A stretch of 64,000 nucleotides of DNA from an uncultured Acidobacteriaceae bacterium (GTDB lineage Bacteria > Acidobacteriota > Terriglobia > Terriglobales > Acidobacteriaceae): positions 370,356-434,355 of the forward strand of contig CAVXKS010000011.1 in the NCBI GenBank assembly GCA_963762465.1, in the 5' to 3' direction. Shown piece after piece: positions 28,861 through 38,817 of the stretch. A program made the position numbers and the translations under genes. The notes under the pieces were generated by a model that was not told the DNA's origin, did not search any database, and saw nothing but the letters and a program-made list of their open reading frames with translations. Positions within the stretch are counted from its first letter, which is position 1, and each line of letters begins with the position of its first letter.

Positions 28861-29475
28861 ATGCCTCGCGAACTGAACTCCACGCGCCTCGAAGCGTTTT
28901 CCGACGGTGTCATCGCGGTGATCATCACCATCATGGTGCTCGAGCTGCGTGTGCCCTCCACACGTGAACTCGGCGACTGGGCCGCCCTGCGCATGGACCT
29001 CAAGCTGATCGTCGTCTATTTCCTGAGCTTCGTTCAGACCGGGATTTATTGGGTGAATCATCATTATCTGCTGGATGACCTCGAGCAGGTTACGCACGCC
29101 ATTCTGTGGTCAAACCTGGCGCTCCTCTTCTGCCTTTCGCTCATTCCATTCGGCACTGAATGGATCGCCGTGCGTGGTGTGGAGCCCGTGCCGACCATGG
29201 TTTACGTGCTCTGCTTTCTCGCACCCGCGGCGGCATGGGCGATATTGTCGAACAACATCTGCAGCCGGACCGGCATTCGGCCTGCCGCTGGTCTCGGCAA
29301 GCAGCTCTTTTCGCTCACCATGAACCTAGGAGCGATTGCGGTCGCATTCGCTTCTCCTTGGAGCGCGCTGGGCATGATTGCGATCGTGTCATTTGCCTGG
29401 CTGCTGCCGCCACGCCGCATCGCGGAAAAGACCCGCAGCCGGCCCGCATCAGCGCCGTCGGCGGATTCGCGCTAA
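28861..29475 (+). CDS. TMEM175-family potassium channel
   Basis: RLEAFSDGVIAVIITIMVLEL signature; YWVNHH. Confidence 0.92.
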   Translation: MPRELNSTRLEAFSDGVIAVIITIMVLELRVPSTRELGDWAALRMDLKLIVVYFLSFVQTGIYWVNHHYLLDDLEQVTHAILWSNLALLFCLSLIPFGTEWIAVRGVEPVPTMVYVLCFLAPAAAWAILSNNICSRTGIRPAAGLGKQLFSLTMNLGAIAVAFASPWSALGMIAIVSFAWLLPPRRIAEKTRSRPASAPSADSR

Positions 29476-29488
29476 ACTCGACTTCGAA

Positions 29489-30403
29489 ATGAATTTGCAA
29501 GGCTGCGGTACCGCCCTCGTCACTCCTTTTCGTTCGGACGGCACTCTCGATGAGCCCGCGCTTCGCGCGCACATTCACTGGCAGATCGCCTGCGGTGTCT
29601 CGCTGCTGGTTCCCTGTGGAACCACCGGCGAAGCCGCCACCCTGACCGACCCTGAGTGGCTGCGTGTCGTGGAGATCACGGTGGAGGCGGCCAACGGTCG
29701 TGTACCGGTTTTTGCGGGCGCCACGCACAATTCGACACGCGAGGCGATCCATCGCGCCAAGCAGCTCGGACGGATTCATGGCCTGACCGGCATCCTGACA
29801 GCGAACCCCTATTACAACAAGCCCGGACAGGAAGGCCAGTACCAACACTTTCGCGCGATCGCTGAATCCGTGCACCTGCCGGTTCTGCTTTACAACATTC
29901 CCGGCCGCACCGGCGCAAATCTCGAACCGGCCACGGTGCTCCGCCTCGCGGATATCCCGAACATCATTGGGGTCAAGGAGTCCAGCGGCAGCATGGTACA
30001 GATTACCGAGCTGCTGACCCAGGCGCCACGGTCGTTTCAGGTGCTCGCCGGCGACGACGCACTGGCGCTGCCGACGCTGGCTGTCGGCGGCTGCGGGCTA
30101 GTGTCCGTCGCGTCGAACGCAATTCCGCAGCAGATGTCGCAGATGATCAATGCCGCGCTGAACGACAACTGGATCTCTGCACGGCGGATCAATCGCCATT
30201 ATTTCCATCTGTTTCAGGCCAACTTCTGCGAGCCCAGCCCTGCCCCGATCAAGGCCGTGATGGCGCTGCTCGGACGGGGGAACGAGGAGCTCCGGCTGCC
30301 GATGGTGCCCGTAACGGCTCAGACGCGCCGCAAGCTGGAGCGCATTCTCGGCGAGCTCGGCCTGCTGAGCAACTCGCCGCACGAAAATCTGCGTGTCTTC
30401 TAG
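29489..30403 (+). CDS. dapA: 4-hydroxy-tetrahydrodipicolinate synthase
   Basis: TALVTPF, CGTTGEA, PYYNKP, LYNIPGRT, GVKESSG. Confidence 0.96.
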   Translation: MNLQGCGTALVTPFRSDGTLDEPALRAHIHWQIACGVSLLVPCGTTGEAATLTDPEWLRVVEITVEAANGRVPVFAGATHNSTREAIHRAKQLGRIHGLTGILTANPYYNKPGQEGQYQHFRAIAESVHLPVLLYNIPGRTGANLEPATVLRLADIPNIIGVKESSGSMVQITELLTQAPRSFQVLAGDDALALPTLAVGGCGLVSVASNAIPQQMSQMINAALNDNWISARRINRHYFHLFQANFCEPSPAPIKAVMALLGRGNEELRLPMVPVTAQTRRKLERILGELGLLSNSPHENLRVF

Positions 30404-30439
30404 AGCGCAGGCGAAGGATATTCTCTAGTCTGGTTCACT

Positions 30440-31012
30440 ATGAGCAGCTATTCCAGCGCCCTGATGTGGATGACGCTCGCGGCACAGGTTGTCGCGTGGC
30501 CCGCTGTGAAACTACACGACGCCAACGGCGCTCTCACGCGGCTGCCCGCAAACGACCGCATTGTCGTGGAACACCTCCTTCGCTCGCAACTTGGACCTAT
30601 GGCCCAGGGTGAAGATGCGGGCCAAATGAACAGAGCGATTGAATCTTTCCGCGTGGAGCGGGTGATTCTCGCTGGTGCACCCGGATTGGCCGTTCAGGCG
30701 AACGGAGAGAACTTTTGTGGAGCGAGCGGCAATTGCTCGTTCTGGATCGTCGATCTGCGCCAACACCGAGTCGTGCTTCGCGCCGATGCAGTCCAACAGT
30801 TCGCGATGGAGCAGCATTCGAAGAGTGGCTTTCCTGACGTGATCACCTGGACCCACGAATCGGCTACTGAGCATGAGCTGATCCGCTGGCAGTTCATCGG
30901 AGGAAAATACGAGAGAACGGCCTGCGCGACGCACGACTGGAGCGACACTGAGGGGAACCCATTGCCGCAACCAAAGACGACGCCCCATCCGTGCGACCCG
31001 GAAGGAAACTGA
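30440..31012 (+). CDS. hypothetical secreted protein with CGASGNC motif
   Basis: Signal-like N-terminus, four Cys, TAGTCT element 8 nt upstream of ATG. Confidence 0.6.
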   Translation: MSSYSSALMWMTLAAQVVAWPAVKLHDANGALTRLPANDRIVVEHLLRSQLGPMAQGEDAGQMNRAIESFRVERVILAGAPGLAVQANGENFCGASGNCSFWIVDLRQHRVVLRADAVQQFAMEQHSKSGFPDVITWTHESATEHELIRWQFIGGKYERTACATHDWSDTEGNPLPQPKTTPHPCDPEGN

Positions 31013-31018
31013 CGCAGC

Positions 31019-31894
31019 ATGAGCACGCCGCAATTCGACAAGCTTCACCACTTTATTGACCACTGGTTCTCGCTCGGCGCCGAGGCGGCGGGCAACCCTG
31101 ATGCTCTTGCTGCTTTCCTCACTCTGCGCGAGGCGCTTGAAGTGGGCACGCTTCGCTCGGCCGAGCCAGATCCAGCTCAGCCGACCGGCTGGCGTGTAAA
31201 CGCCTGGGTCAAGCGAGGCATTCTGCTCGGCTTCCGCCTGGGAGCGCTCGAGTCGATGAATGGCTGCGAGGCCGCCGGCAATTCCATCCTGAGCTTCGTT
31301 GACAAGGGCACTTACCCTGCGCGGCGCTTTGCCGCCAAGGACGGCATCCGCATCGTCCCTGGCGGCAGCTCTGTGCGTTCGGGCGCGTTCCTCGCTGCCG
31401 GTGTAGTGATGATGCCGCCGGCATACGTCAACGTCGGCGCCTATGTCGATGAAGGCACAATGATCGACTCTCACGCGCTGGTCGGCTCGTGCGCGCAGAT
31501 CGGCAAACGCGTGCACCTGTCCGCCGCGGCTCAGATCGGCGGCGTGCTGGAGCCCGTGAACGCCTCGCCGGTAATCATTGAGGATGACGTTCTCGTCGGC
31601 GGCAACACCGGCGTGTACGAGGGCACCATCGTCCGCAGCAAAGCCGTGCTCGCCGCGGGCACCATCCTCACCCGCGGCACTCCGGTCTACGACCTGCCCA
31701 ACAATACCGTGATGCGCGCCACGACGGACACGCCGCTCATCATCCCGTCGGGAGCGGTCGTCGTTCCCGGCTCGCGGGCCGTCCAGCAGGGCGCCGGAAA
31801 AGACCTCGGCCTCTCCGTTTACACGCCAATCTTAGTCAAATACCGTGATGAAAAGACTGAACTCTCGACAGCTCTCGAAGATATTCTGAGGTGA
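31019..31894 (+). CDS. dapD: tetrahydrodipicolinate N-succinyltransferase
   Basis: WRVNAWVKRGILLGF, RIVPGG, VGSCAQIGKRVHLSA..IGGVLEP. Confidence 0.95.
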   Translation: MSTPQFDKLHHFIDHWFSLGAEAAGNPDALAAFLTLREALEVGTLRSAEPDPAQPTGWRVNAWVKRGILLGFRLGALESMNGCEAAGNSILSFVDKGTYPARRFAAKDGIRIVPGGSSVRSGAFLAAGVVMMPPAYVNVGAYVDEGTMIDSHALVGSCAQIGKRVHLSAAAQIGGVLEPVNASPVIIEDDVLVGGNTGVYEGTIVRSKAVLAAGTILTRGTPVYDLPNNTVMRATTDTPLIIPSGAVVVPGSRAVQQGAGKDLGLSVYTPILVKYRDEKTELSTALEDILR

Positions 31895-31953
31895 ACCGAG
31901 ACTCACGGAACCGGATGACTTCCGCAGCCGTACCTCTGTTGGAGGCAAATTAA

Positions 31954-32145
31954 GTGCTCAAGCTGCTCCTCTTCTGCATTCTCCTGGTGGTCTGCTGGCC
32001 TGCGGCAATTGTGGCGCTCGTGCTGTATCCGATCGTCTGGCTGCTGCTGCTTCCCTTCCGGCTGGTCGGCATCGCCGTCCACAGTGTCTTTGCCCTGATC
32101 GCGGCCCTGTTCACGCTTCCCGCGCGTGTCCTCCGCGCCATCTAA
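31954..32145 (+). CDS. small hydrophobic membrane protein (63 aa)
   Basis: GGAGG SD; almost entirely hydrophobic; LPFR/LPAR repeats. Confidence 0.65.
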   Translation: MLKLLLFCILLVVCWPAAIVALVLYPIVWLLLLPFRLVGIAVHSVFALIAALFTLPARVLRAI

Positions 32146-32170
32146 GCAGAGACCGCAGGACGCTGCGCCT

Positions 32171-32282
32171 GAGCAGTTCTCCTGAAGGTGTAGTCCGAAG
32201 CGACGCGTGCCTGCGTCGTTTTCTCTCGATGAAATCGACCCGCATAGCCGTTTGGAAGGCCACATCATCAGGAGAACTGCTC
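32171..32282. mobile_element. 112-bp MITE-like element with perfect 15-bp terminal inverted repeats
   Basis: GAGCAGTTCTCCTGA (32171-32185) and TCAGGAGAACTGCTC (32268-32282), internal hairpins, no ORF. No clear target-site duplication. Confidence 0.55.
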
Positions 32283-32296
32283 TAAACTGAAGATTC

Positions 32297-33958
32297 ATGG
32301 CTTCAGACAAGCTGCAAATTATCCCTCTCGGCGGGCTCGGCGAGTTCGGCATGAACTGCCTCGCTCTCCGCTTCGGCGACGACATCATCGTCATCGACGC
32401 TGGCCTCATGTTCCCGGAAGAAGAGCTGCTCGGCGTCGACATCGTCGTCCCCGACATCAGCTACCTCGTTGAAAACCGCGCGCTCGTTCGCGGCATCGTA
32501 CTCACGCATGGGCATGAGGATCACATCGGCGGGCTGCCGTGGATCCTCTCCGAGCTGAACGTTCCCGTCCACGGGACCGAGTTCACGCTCGCCTACGTAG
32601 AAGGCAAGCTCGACGAGCATCGCCTGCTCGATGACGCGGAGCTCATCGAAATGCTGCCCGGCCGCCGATTCAATCTCGGCGTGTTCAGCATCATCCCCAT
32701 CCGCGTCACGCATTCGCTGGTTGATTGCGTCTCGCTCGCGATTCATACCCCGGCAGGGATCGTCCTCCACACCGGCGACTTCAAGATCGACCTCTCTTCG
32801 CCGGACGGCCACCCGTTCGACCTCCAGGCCTTCGCCGATCTCGGCAAGCAGAACGTGCTCTGCCTCCTGCAGGACTCCACCAATGTTGATCGCCCCGGCT
32901 TCACGCCGGGCGAGCAAGCAGTCCGTCCACGCCTCGACGACATCTTCTCCGCCACAAAGAAAAAGCTGTTCTTCTCCTGCTTTTCATCGTCCATCCACCG
33001 CATCCGCATCGCCATGGAGCTCGCGGACAAGCACAACCGCAAGGTCGCTCTCATCGGCCGCTCCATCGACAACTCCTCCGAAATCGCGCAGGACCTCGGC
33101 TACCTCGATCCGCCGCAGGGCCTGCTCATTCATCCGGGACAGATCAAGGAATACCCCGACCACGAGCTGTGCATCCTGATCTCTGGCACGCAGGGTGAGC
33201 CCATGAGTTCGCTCTCGCGCGCGGCCGTAGACAACCACAAGTTCGCCAAAATCAACGCCGGCGACACAGTCGTCCTCAGCTCGCGCATCATCCCCGGCAA
33301 CGAAAAGGCGATCTACCGCGTTATCGACCACCTCGAGCGCCGCGACGCGCGCGTCATCCACGACGATGGCACCCACGGTCTCATCCACGTGTCCGGACAC
33401 GGCTCGCAGGAAGAGCTGCGCATGATGATCAACCTCGTGCGTCCGAAATTCTTCGTGCCCATCCACGGCGACTATCGCCATCTGAAGCGTCACGCAGAAC
33501 TCGCCGCCGCCACCGGCATCCCCGAAAAGATTCTTCTGCTCGAAGATGGCGACGTGCTGGAGCTCGACCGTGATGGCGCCGAGAAGACCGGAAAGATCAC
33601 CACGGGCCGGATCTGCATAGACAACAACTCCACGGCCGACGTCGTCGAAGACACCGTGATTCGCGACCGCAAGCAGCTCGGCGGTGATGGTCTCTTCCTT
33701 CCCATCATCGCCATCAACAAGCGCACCGGCCAGGTCGAAGGCCTGCCTGAAATCTCAACACGCGGGTTCGCCGCCGACGACCCGGAGCTGCTCCGCAATG
33801 CGCGCGACATCGTCGCGCGCACGCTCGAGCAATCCAGTGAAGAGGAGCGCCGCGACTACGGTGTGATGAAGGACAAGATTCGCGGCGACCTGAAGCGCTT
33901 CATCCAGAAGAACGCGAACCGGCGCCCGTTGATCATGCCCATCATTCTGGAGCTCTAA
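32297..33958 (+). CDS. rnj: ribonuclease J
   Basis: IIPLGGLGEFGMN, LTHGHEDHIG, HTGDFK, GTQGEP, IHVSGH, PIHGDY. Confidence 0.96.
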   Translation: MASDKLQIIPLGGLGEFGMNCLALRFGDDIIVIDAGLMFPEEELLGVDIVVPDISYLVENRALVRGIVLTHGHEDHIGGLPWILSELNVPVHGTEFTLAYVEGKLDEHRLLDDAELIEMLPGRRFNLGVFSIIPIRVTHSLVDCVSLAIHTPAGIVLHTGDFKIDLSSPDGHPFDLQAFADLGKQNVLCLLQDSTNVDRPGFTPGEQAVRPRLDDIFSATKKKLFFSCFSSSIHRIRIAMELADKHNRKVALIGRSIDNSSEIAQDLGYLDPPQGLLIHPGQIKEYPDHELCILISGTQGEPMSSLSRAAVDNHKFAKINAGDTVVLSSRIIPGNEKAIYRVIDHLERRDARVIHDDGTHGLIHVSGHGSQEELRMMINLVRPKFFVPIHGDYRHLKRHAELAAATGIPEKILLLEDGDVLELDRDGAEKTGKITTGRICIDNNSTADVVEDTVIRDRKQLGGDGLFLPIIAINKRTGQVEGLPEISTRGFAADDPELLRNARDIVARTLEQSSEEERRDYGVMKDKIRGDLKRFIQKNANRRPLIMPIILEL

Positions 33959-33970
33959 CGAGGGTGCCGA

Positions 33971-34829
33971 TCAATTGTCAGAAGGCCGGTCAATGTGATC
34001 GATGACGATTACCTCGACCGGCCCCGTCGCTGGCACCAGCCTCAAGCCCAACTGTTGTTGAAGGGCCGCGAATAAACCCGACGCATCGCTGGTCGATTCC
34101 ACGCCCGGCGATCCCTCGCGGGCCCACTTGAGGGTAAAGCTGTATTTGCCCTTTAGATCGGTCCGGTTCTGAATAGTACGCTCGTCGATTCTCAGGAATG
34201 GAGAGCGTACGAACTCATCCAGCGTGATTGCCTTCGCGGTCAGATCCAACTCCGGTCCTCGATCGATCAAAGAGAGTTGAGTCGTATCACTATCGTCCGA
34301 GCCAACCAGCTTCGCCCCACCCTTCCCAACGACAAGCGCGTAGAAAGGCATCTCTCGGGTCTCAAAGTGCACCTTCAGCTTGAACCGATCCGCCAGAAGA
34401 GCCTGCTCCATTGAAGTGCACCTGTTCCTGTTGCCGCGCTGGAGTGAGCTTCTGCATGGCAGCGAACCGGGAATCCTCGATCTTGGCCACCATCTCATAC
34501 CGATCCGACTCACTTCGCACCCACTCCGGGCCGCCCAGAATCCGGTTGCCCGAAGAAAGTGGGAGTCCATACGCCGACTCGATCAGCAGCTGAACCTGGC
34601 CAATGAAGTCCAGACGATCCGTGACCGGTCTGCTCGCGCCGACTGGTGCGATCTTCGTTACTTTCCGCGGAGCACCCGAACCGTCAGACTCTGCCGAGGC
34701 CATCGGCCTCCATGGCTTGACGCTTGCAACTTCAAACGTCGGCAACGGTTGGTTCGAATGCAGAATCTGCCCACCGGCTAAGGCCGCGATGAAAACCAGA
34801 ATGCTAACTGCTGCAGCCCTCTTTGCCAT
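33971..34829 (-). CDS. TIGR03435-like (acidobacterial) protein, with a 1-nt insertion near 34410
   Basis: PTFEVASVKP, GGPEWV..DRYEMVAK, then in the next frame MEQALLADRFKLKVHFETRE...LQQQLGLRL..VIVIDHIDRPSDN. Confidence 0.85.
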
Positions 34830-34892
34830 CAAAAACGCCCTCAACAAATCGGTACGTCCAGCCCCATGTGGAATCGAGCTCAACCTCCTCGC

Positions 34893-35447
34893 CTAGGGAC
34901 CGTTCTTGGCTGGCGGTGCACTCTGCGCCGGCGCGGGCTTTCCCACGCTCGCGGCAATCGACTTCATAAAGTCCTGCACCATCTGGTTGAGCTCCGGTTG
35001 CACCTCGCGCATTCTCTGCTGCGTGATCTCCGTGCTCTTGGCCATCAGCTCCGGTGTCTTTTCGAGCATCTTCTGTCCCACCGGCGATTTATAGAACCCG
35101 ATGATTCCATCAAGCTCCTCTTCCGTGTAGGTGCTCGCGTAGAGATTGATAAAGTCGGGCTCCAGCGCCTTCCATCCAAGCTTGTTGGTCACCAAAGCGA
35201 GAACGCGTTGCTGGAAATCCGCGATCTGCTTCTTCTGCTCCGGAGTAGCCTGATCGGCGCCGGGCATGGTCTGCGTTATCTGCTGCACCTGTTTTTCGAT
35301 CCCGCTCATCAGCTGGTCCATCATCTGGTCCATGCGGAGCAGCGTAAAAAGCTGCTCGGCCTTGGCCCGCTTGCTTGCCTCGTCGGCTCGCGCGCTCGAG
35401 CATCCCAGCGTCACCGCGATCAGCACTACCGCAACATATCGGCTCAT
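34893..35447 (-). CDS. DUF2059-like periplasmic protein
   Basis: Signal peptide; YASTYTEEELDGIIGFYKSPVGQK motif. Confidence 0.8.
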   Translation of the reverse strand: MSRYVAVVLIAVTLGCSSARADEASKRAKAEQLFTLLRMDQMMDQLMSGIEKQVQQITQTMPGADQATPEQKKQIADFQQRVLALVTNKLGWKALEPDFINLYASTYTEEELDGIIGFYKSPVGQKMLEKTPELMAKSTEITQQRMREVQPELNQMVQDFMKSIAASVGKPAPAQSAPPAKNGP

Positions 35448-35471
35448 CTGAGGCTCCTTTCACTGCGCGGC

Positions 35472-37730
35472 CTATTCTTCGCGTTCAACCTGTTCCAGGA
35501 CCGCCTCACCCGACAGCGGCTTGCGGGCAAAGTAATACAAGCTGAACCCGAGCATCGCAAAGCAAAGAACGCTCACTGCATCGTGGTGCAGCAGATTGTC
35601 CGCCGAAAAGTGCGGGAAGGTCTTATCAAATGCCTGGAATGCCACGCCGACGAGCCCCATGATGCCGCCCGAGGCAATCAGGCCCGAGGCAAACAGGCTG
35701 CCCGGCGAAACCTCGCTCTCCGCTTCGGTGGTCGGCGCCCGGCCAGCGCGAGCAATTGCCCTGTCGGCGAGCCAGCGCACCACACCGCCGCAGAAGATCG
35801 CGAGCGTCGTACCAATCGAAAGGTACGCTCCGACCGCAAACGTCAGCGAACGCACACCCAGCAACTCCACGCCGATCACCAGGGCGACTCCGAGCAATAC
35901 CAACCCCCACGGAAGCTTGCGGCTCAGAATCCCGTTGATCACCGTCGCCATCAGCCGGCCCTGCGGAGCCGCAGCCTTTTCGCTGCCAATTCCCTGTGTC
36001 CACTGCACCTCAACCTGGTGCGTCGCCGGGTTATAGAGATATTTCCCGTCCTCCAGCACCGCTGATCCAATCGCGTTTAGCAGAATGTAGCTATGCGGGT
36101 TCGCAAGCGTGCCCACCACCGGCGCACCCGACGACGCACTAGCGCGCAATCTCACGTCATCGCGCGTGAAGTAGCCCTGTTGCTGCACGCCTTCCGGCAG
36201 CGCACTGAGCGATAGCTGCTTCGGCTGCGGGATCCTCGTGAAGCTCTCAAACCCTTTGTTCACAAGGTTCAGCGTCAGGCCGATCACTAGGGTCGACACA
36301 ATCACGCCAATCATCACCGCGAGTTGCTGCTTCCATGGCGTCGCTCCAATCAAAAACCCGGTCTTCAGATCCTGTGACGTGTCGCCCGCATTCGAGGCCG
36401 CAATACAGACCACACCGCCAATTGTGATCGCCAGCGCGCCAAAGGCCGGTGCCGTCCATCCCTTCACCAGGAAGATCGCCGCCGTCGCCATCAGCGTCGC
36501 AATCGTCATGCCGCTCACCGGACTCGCGCTCGAGCCCACGATGCCCACGATTCGCGCACTCACCGTCACAAAGAGGAACCCGAAGATTACCACCAGGATC
36601 GCCGCGGCAAAGTTCGCCAGCACACCCACCTGCGCGCCCGGCACCGGCCTGAATACCAGGAACGCGAACATCATCAGAACCAGCAGAACGCTTCCCCCGA
36701 TCACGACGCTCATCGGCAAGTCATGCTCAATCCGCGAAGGCCTGCGCGACGCGGCTTCCGTACCCGTCACGCCGGATTTGCTGCGCATCTGGGCAACGCC
36801 TGCCGTGAGCGCGCTAATAATCGTCGGCGCCGTCCGCAGCAGCGTGATCAGCCCACTTGCCGCGACCGCGCCTGCCCCCATCGGCCGTACATAGGTGCGC
36901 CATAGCGCGCTCGGATCCATCATGCTGATGGGCACGGTGCCCGGGTAAAGCGGCGCCGTCATATGTTTGCCGAAGAACACAATCGTCGGCATCAATACAA
37001 GCCACGAGACCACGCCGCCCGCGAGCATGATCGCGGATACCCGGATGCCGATGATGTACCCGACGCCCAGGTACTCCGGCGTCACGTCCGCCCGGATCGA
37101 AGCCCCCTTCATCAGCTGCTGGCCGCCCGGGTCGAAGTTGAAGTCCTTCTTGGGCGTAGCCGGAAACAGCGCTGCCAGCCCCTCATTCTGGAATAGCGCA
37201 TACAGCGCGCCGAACCCCAGCCCCAGGAACACACGACTTGCAAACGAGCCGCCGCGTTCACCCGCTGTCAGCACCTCAGCGCACGCGGTCCCCTCCGGGT
37301 AGGTGAGCGCTCCGTGCTCTTCAACGATCAGTTGCCGCCGGAGCGGAATCATGAACAGCACACCGAGCCAGCCGCCGAACAGGGCCAACGCAAAGATCCG
37401 GAACCCCTCGAGGTCAAAGCCCAGAAACACAAGCGCCGGCAGCGTGAAGATCACGCCCGAAGCAATCGATTGGCCCGCGTTGCCGGTCGTCTGAACGATG
37501 TTGTTCTCGAGGATCGATGCCCGCCCAAACACCCTCAGGATAGAGATCGACAGCACCGAGATCGGAATCGAGGCCGCTACCGTGAGCCCAGCCTTCAACC
37601 CCACGTACACAGTCACCGCGCCGAAGATGATCCCGAAGATCGACCCTAGGATCAGCGCCCGGGCGGTCAGCTCTCTCGGGCTCTCCTGGGCGGACACAAA
37701 CGGGCGGAAGGTCGTGGTGGTGGTTGCCAT
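35472..37730 (-). CDS. OPT-family oligopeptide transporter
   Basis: ELTARAL, ENNIVQTTG, YPEGTACAEVL, QDLKTGFLIGATP.KQQ, APQG.LMA. Confidence 0.93.
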   Translation of the reverse strand: MATTTTTFRPFVSAQESPRELTARALILGSIFGIIFGAVTVYVGLKAGLTVAASIPISVLSISILRVFGRASILENNIVQTTGNAGQSIASGVIFTLPALVFLGFDLEGFRIFALALFGGWLGVLFMIPLRRQLIVEEHGALTYPEGTACAEVLTAGERGGSFASRVFLGLGFGALYALFQNEGLAALFPATPKKDFNFDPGGQQLMKGASIRADVTPEYLGVGYIIGIRVSAIMLAGGVVSWLVLMPTIVFFGKHMTAPLYPGTVPISMMDPSALWRTYVRPMGAGAVAASGLITLLRTAPTIISALTAGVAQMRSKSGVTGTEAASRRPSRIEHDLPMSVVIGGSVLLVLMMFAFLVFRPVPGAQVGVLANFAAAILVVIFGFLFVTVSARIVGIVGSSASPVSGMTIATLMATAAIFLVKGWTAPAFGALAITIGGVVCIAASNAGDTSQDLKTGFLIGATPWKQQLAVMIGVIVSTLVIGLTLNLVNKGFESFTRIPQPKQLSLSALPEGVQQQGYFTRDDVRLRASASSGAPVVGTLANPHSYILLNAIGSAVLEDGKYLYNPATHQVEVQWTQGIGSEKAAAPQGRLMATVINGILSRKLPWGLVLLGVALVIGVELLGVRSLTFAVGAYLSIGTTLAIFCGGVVRWLADRAIARAGRAPTTEAESEVSPGSLFASGLIASGGIMGLVGVAFQAFDKTFPHFSADNLLHHDAVSVLCFAMLGFSLYYFARKPLSGEAVLEQVEREE

Positions 37731-37863
37731 CAGGCGTCATCTCCTCACGAAGTAGTTCAGCTAGCAAACCCAAAAGCTGCACCGGAGTGTACCAGCGCAG
37801 CCTCTTCGGACGCCTCCGCATCCTTCCTCGTCTATTTTCCTGAGTCGCTAGCCGCCCGGAGCG

Positions 37864-38763
37864 CTACTGCATCGTGCGTGCGTGCCTGCTCACAATCACC
37901 AGCCGCTCGCCTGCGAGAATCCGCTTGGCCTGTGCCTTGGCATGACTCGCCCACGGCCCGCTTGGGTCCAGCTGGATGTACCGGGTCCAGTGCCGCAGTG
38001 CCCGCCGCGGCTCCTGCATGCGCTCATAGGCCAGCGCCAGATTGTAATGCGCGTCCGCGTACTGCGGAACGAGTCTCAGCGCCCGATCGTACGCGGAGAT
38101 CGCGTCGGGAAGCCGCTGCAACTCGTCAAGTACGTTACCCAGGTCGAAGAATGCCAGCGCGTACTCCGGGTCGGCCTCGGTCGCTCGCCGATACAACGCC
38201 TCCGCACCGTAGAAATCGCGCTCGTTGTAGCGGATCGTACCCAGGTTGATAGCCGCCGCGGCATGGTCCGGCTGCATCTCCAGGATTTCACCGTACAGCG
38301 ACTTCGCCTCCGGCAGCGTCGTCGCATTCTCCTCCAGGCGTACGGCCCGGAGAAACATGTCCTGCACCTCCGCGGCTAGAGAGTACGGATCCGCCCCGCT
38401 GCGCCGCACGACGGCCAGCCCAGCGCACGGAGCCAGTTCAAAATCGAACGCCATCTGGCGGGTCATAGGATCGACGAGTGCCCGGCCCTGCCGAAAGGCC
38501 AGCCGCGATCCGCGCGGCACTACTGCCAGCTCCACCAGCGGATTGCTCAGCCCGGCCACCTTCTGCATCGCAGCAACCGACTGCCGGATGCTCTTCACGG
38601 AAATCCGGGTCTCGGCCAGCTCTCGAAGTTTCCGGAGCTGAACGAGTTCGTCGAACGAATAGTGTTCCGAGGCGGAGATCAAACCCGCCCGCTCCCATGC
38701 ATTCAACTGTCGATGAGGGAGGCGAAGGATGCGCAGAACGTCTTCTCGGCGGTACTGGCTCAC
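37864..38763 (-). CDS. MerR-like HTH plus tetratricopeptide repeat protein
   Basis: MSQYRREDVLRIL...QLNAWERAGLI...YSFDELVQLR, then about four TPRs (AAINLG, AFFDLG, AHYNLA). Confidence 0.85.
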   Translation of the reverse strand: MSQYRREDVLRILRLPHRQLNAWERAGLISASEHYSFDELVQLRKLRELAETRISVKSIRQSVAAMQKVAGLSNPLVELAVVPRGSRLAFRQGRALVDPMTRQMAFDFELAPCAGLAVVRRSGADPYSLAAEVQDMFLRAVRLEENATTLPEAKSLYGEILEMQPDHAAAAINLGTIRYNERDFYGAEALYRRATEADPEYALAFFDLGNVLDELQRLPDAISAYDRALRLVPQYADAHYNLALAYERMQEPRRALRHWTRYIQLDPSGPWASHAKAQAKRILAGERLVIVSRHARTMQ

Positions 38764-38817
38764 GGCGCTCGTCTCTCGGTTCTGGAAGCGGCCGCCCCAC
38801 GCGACCGGCTCTGCTCC

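Noticed and set aside
30403-30428. TAGAG...CTCTA inverted repeat after dapA
   Set aside because: Only a 5-bp stem; the right arm overlaps the -10-like box of the next gene. Not distinguishable from chance.
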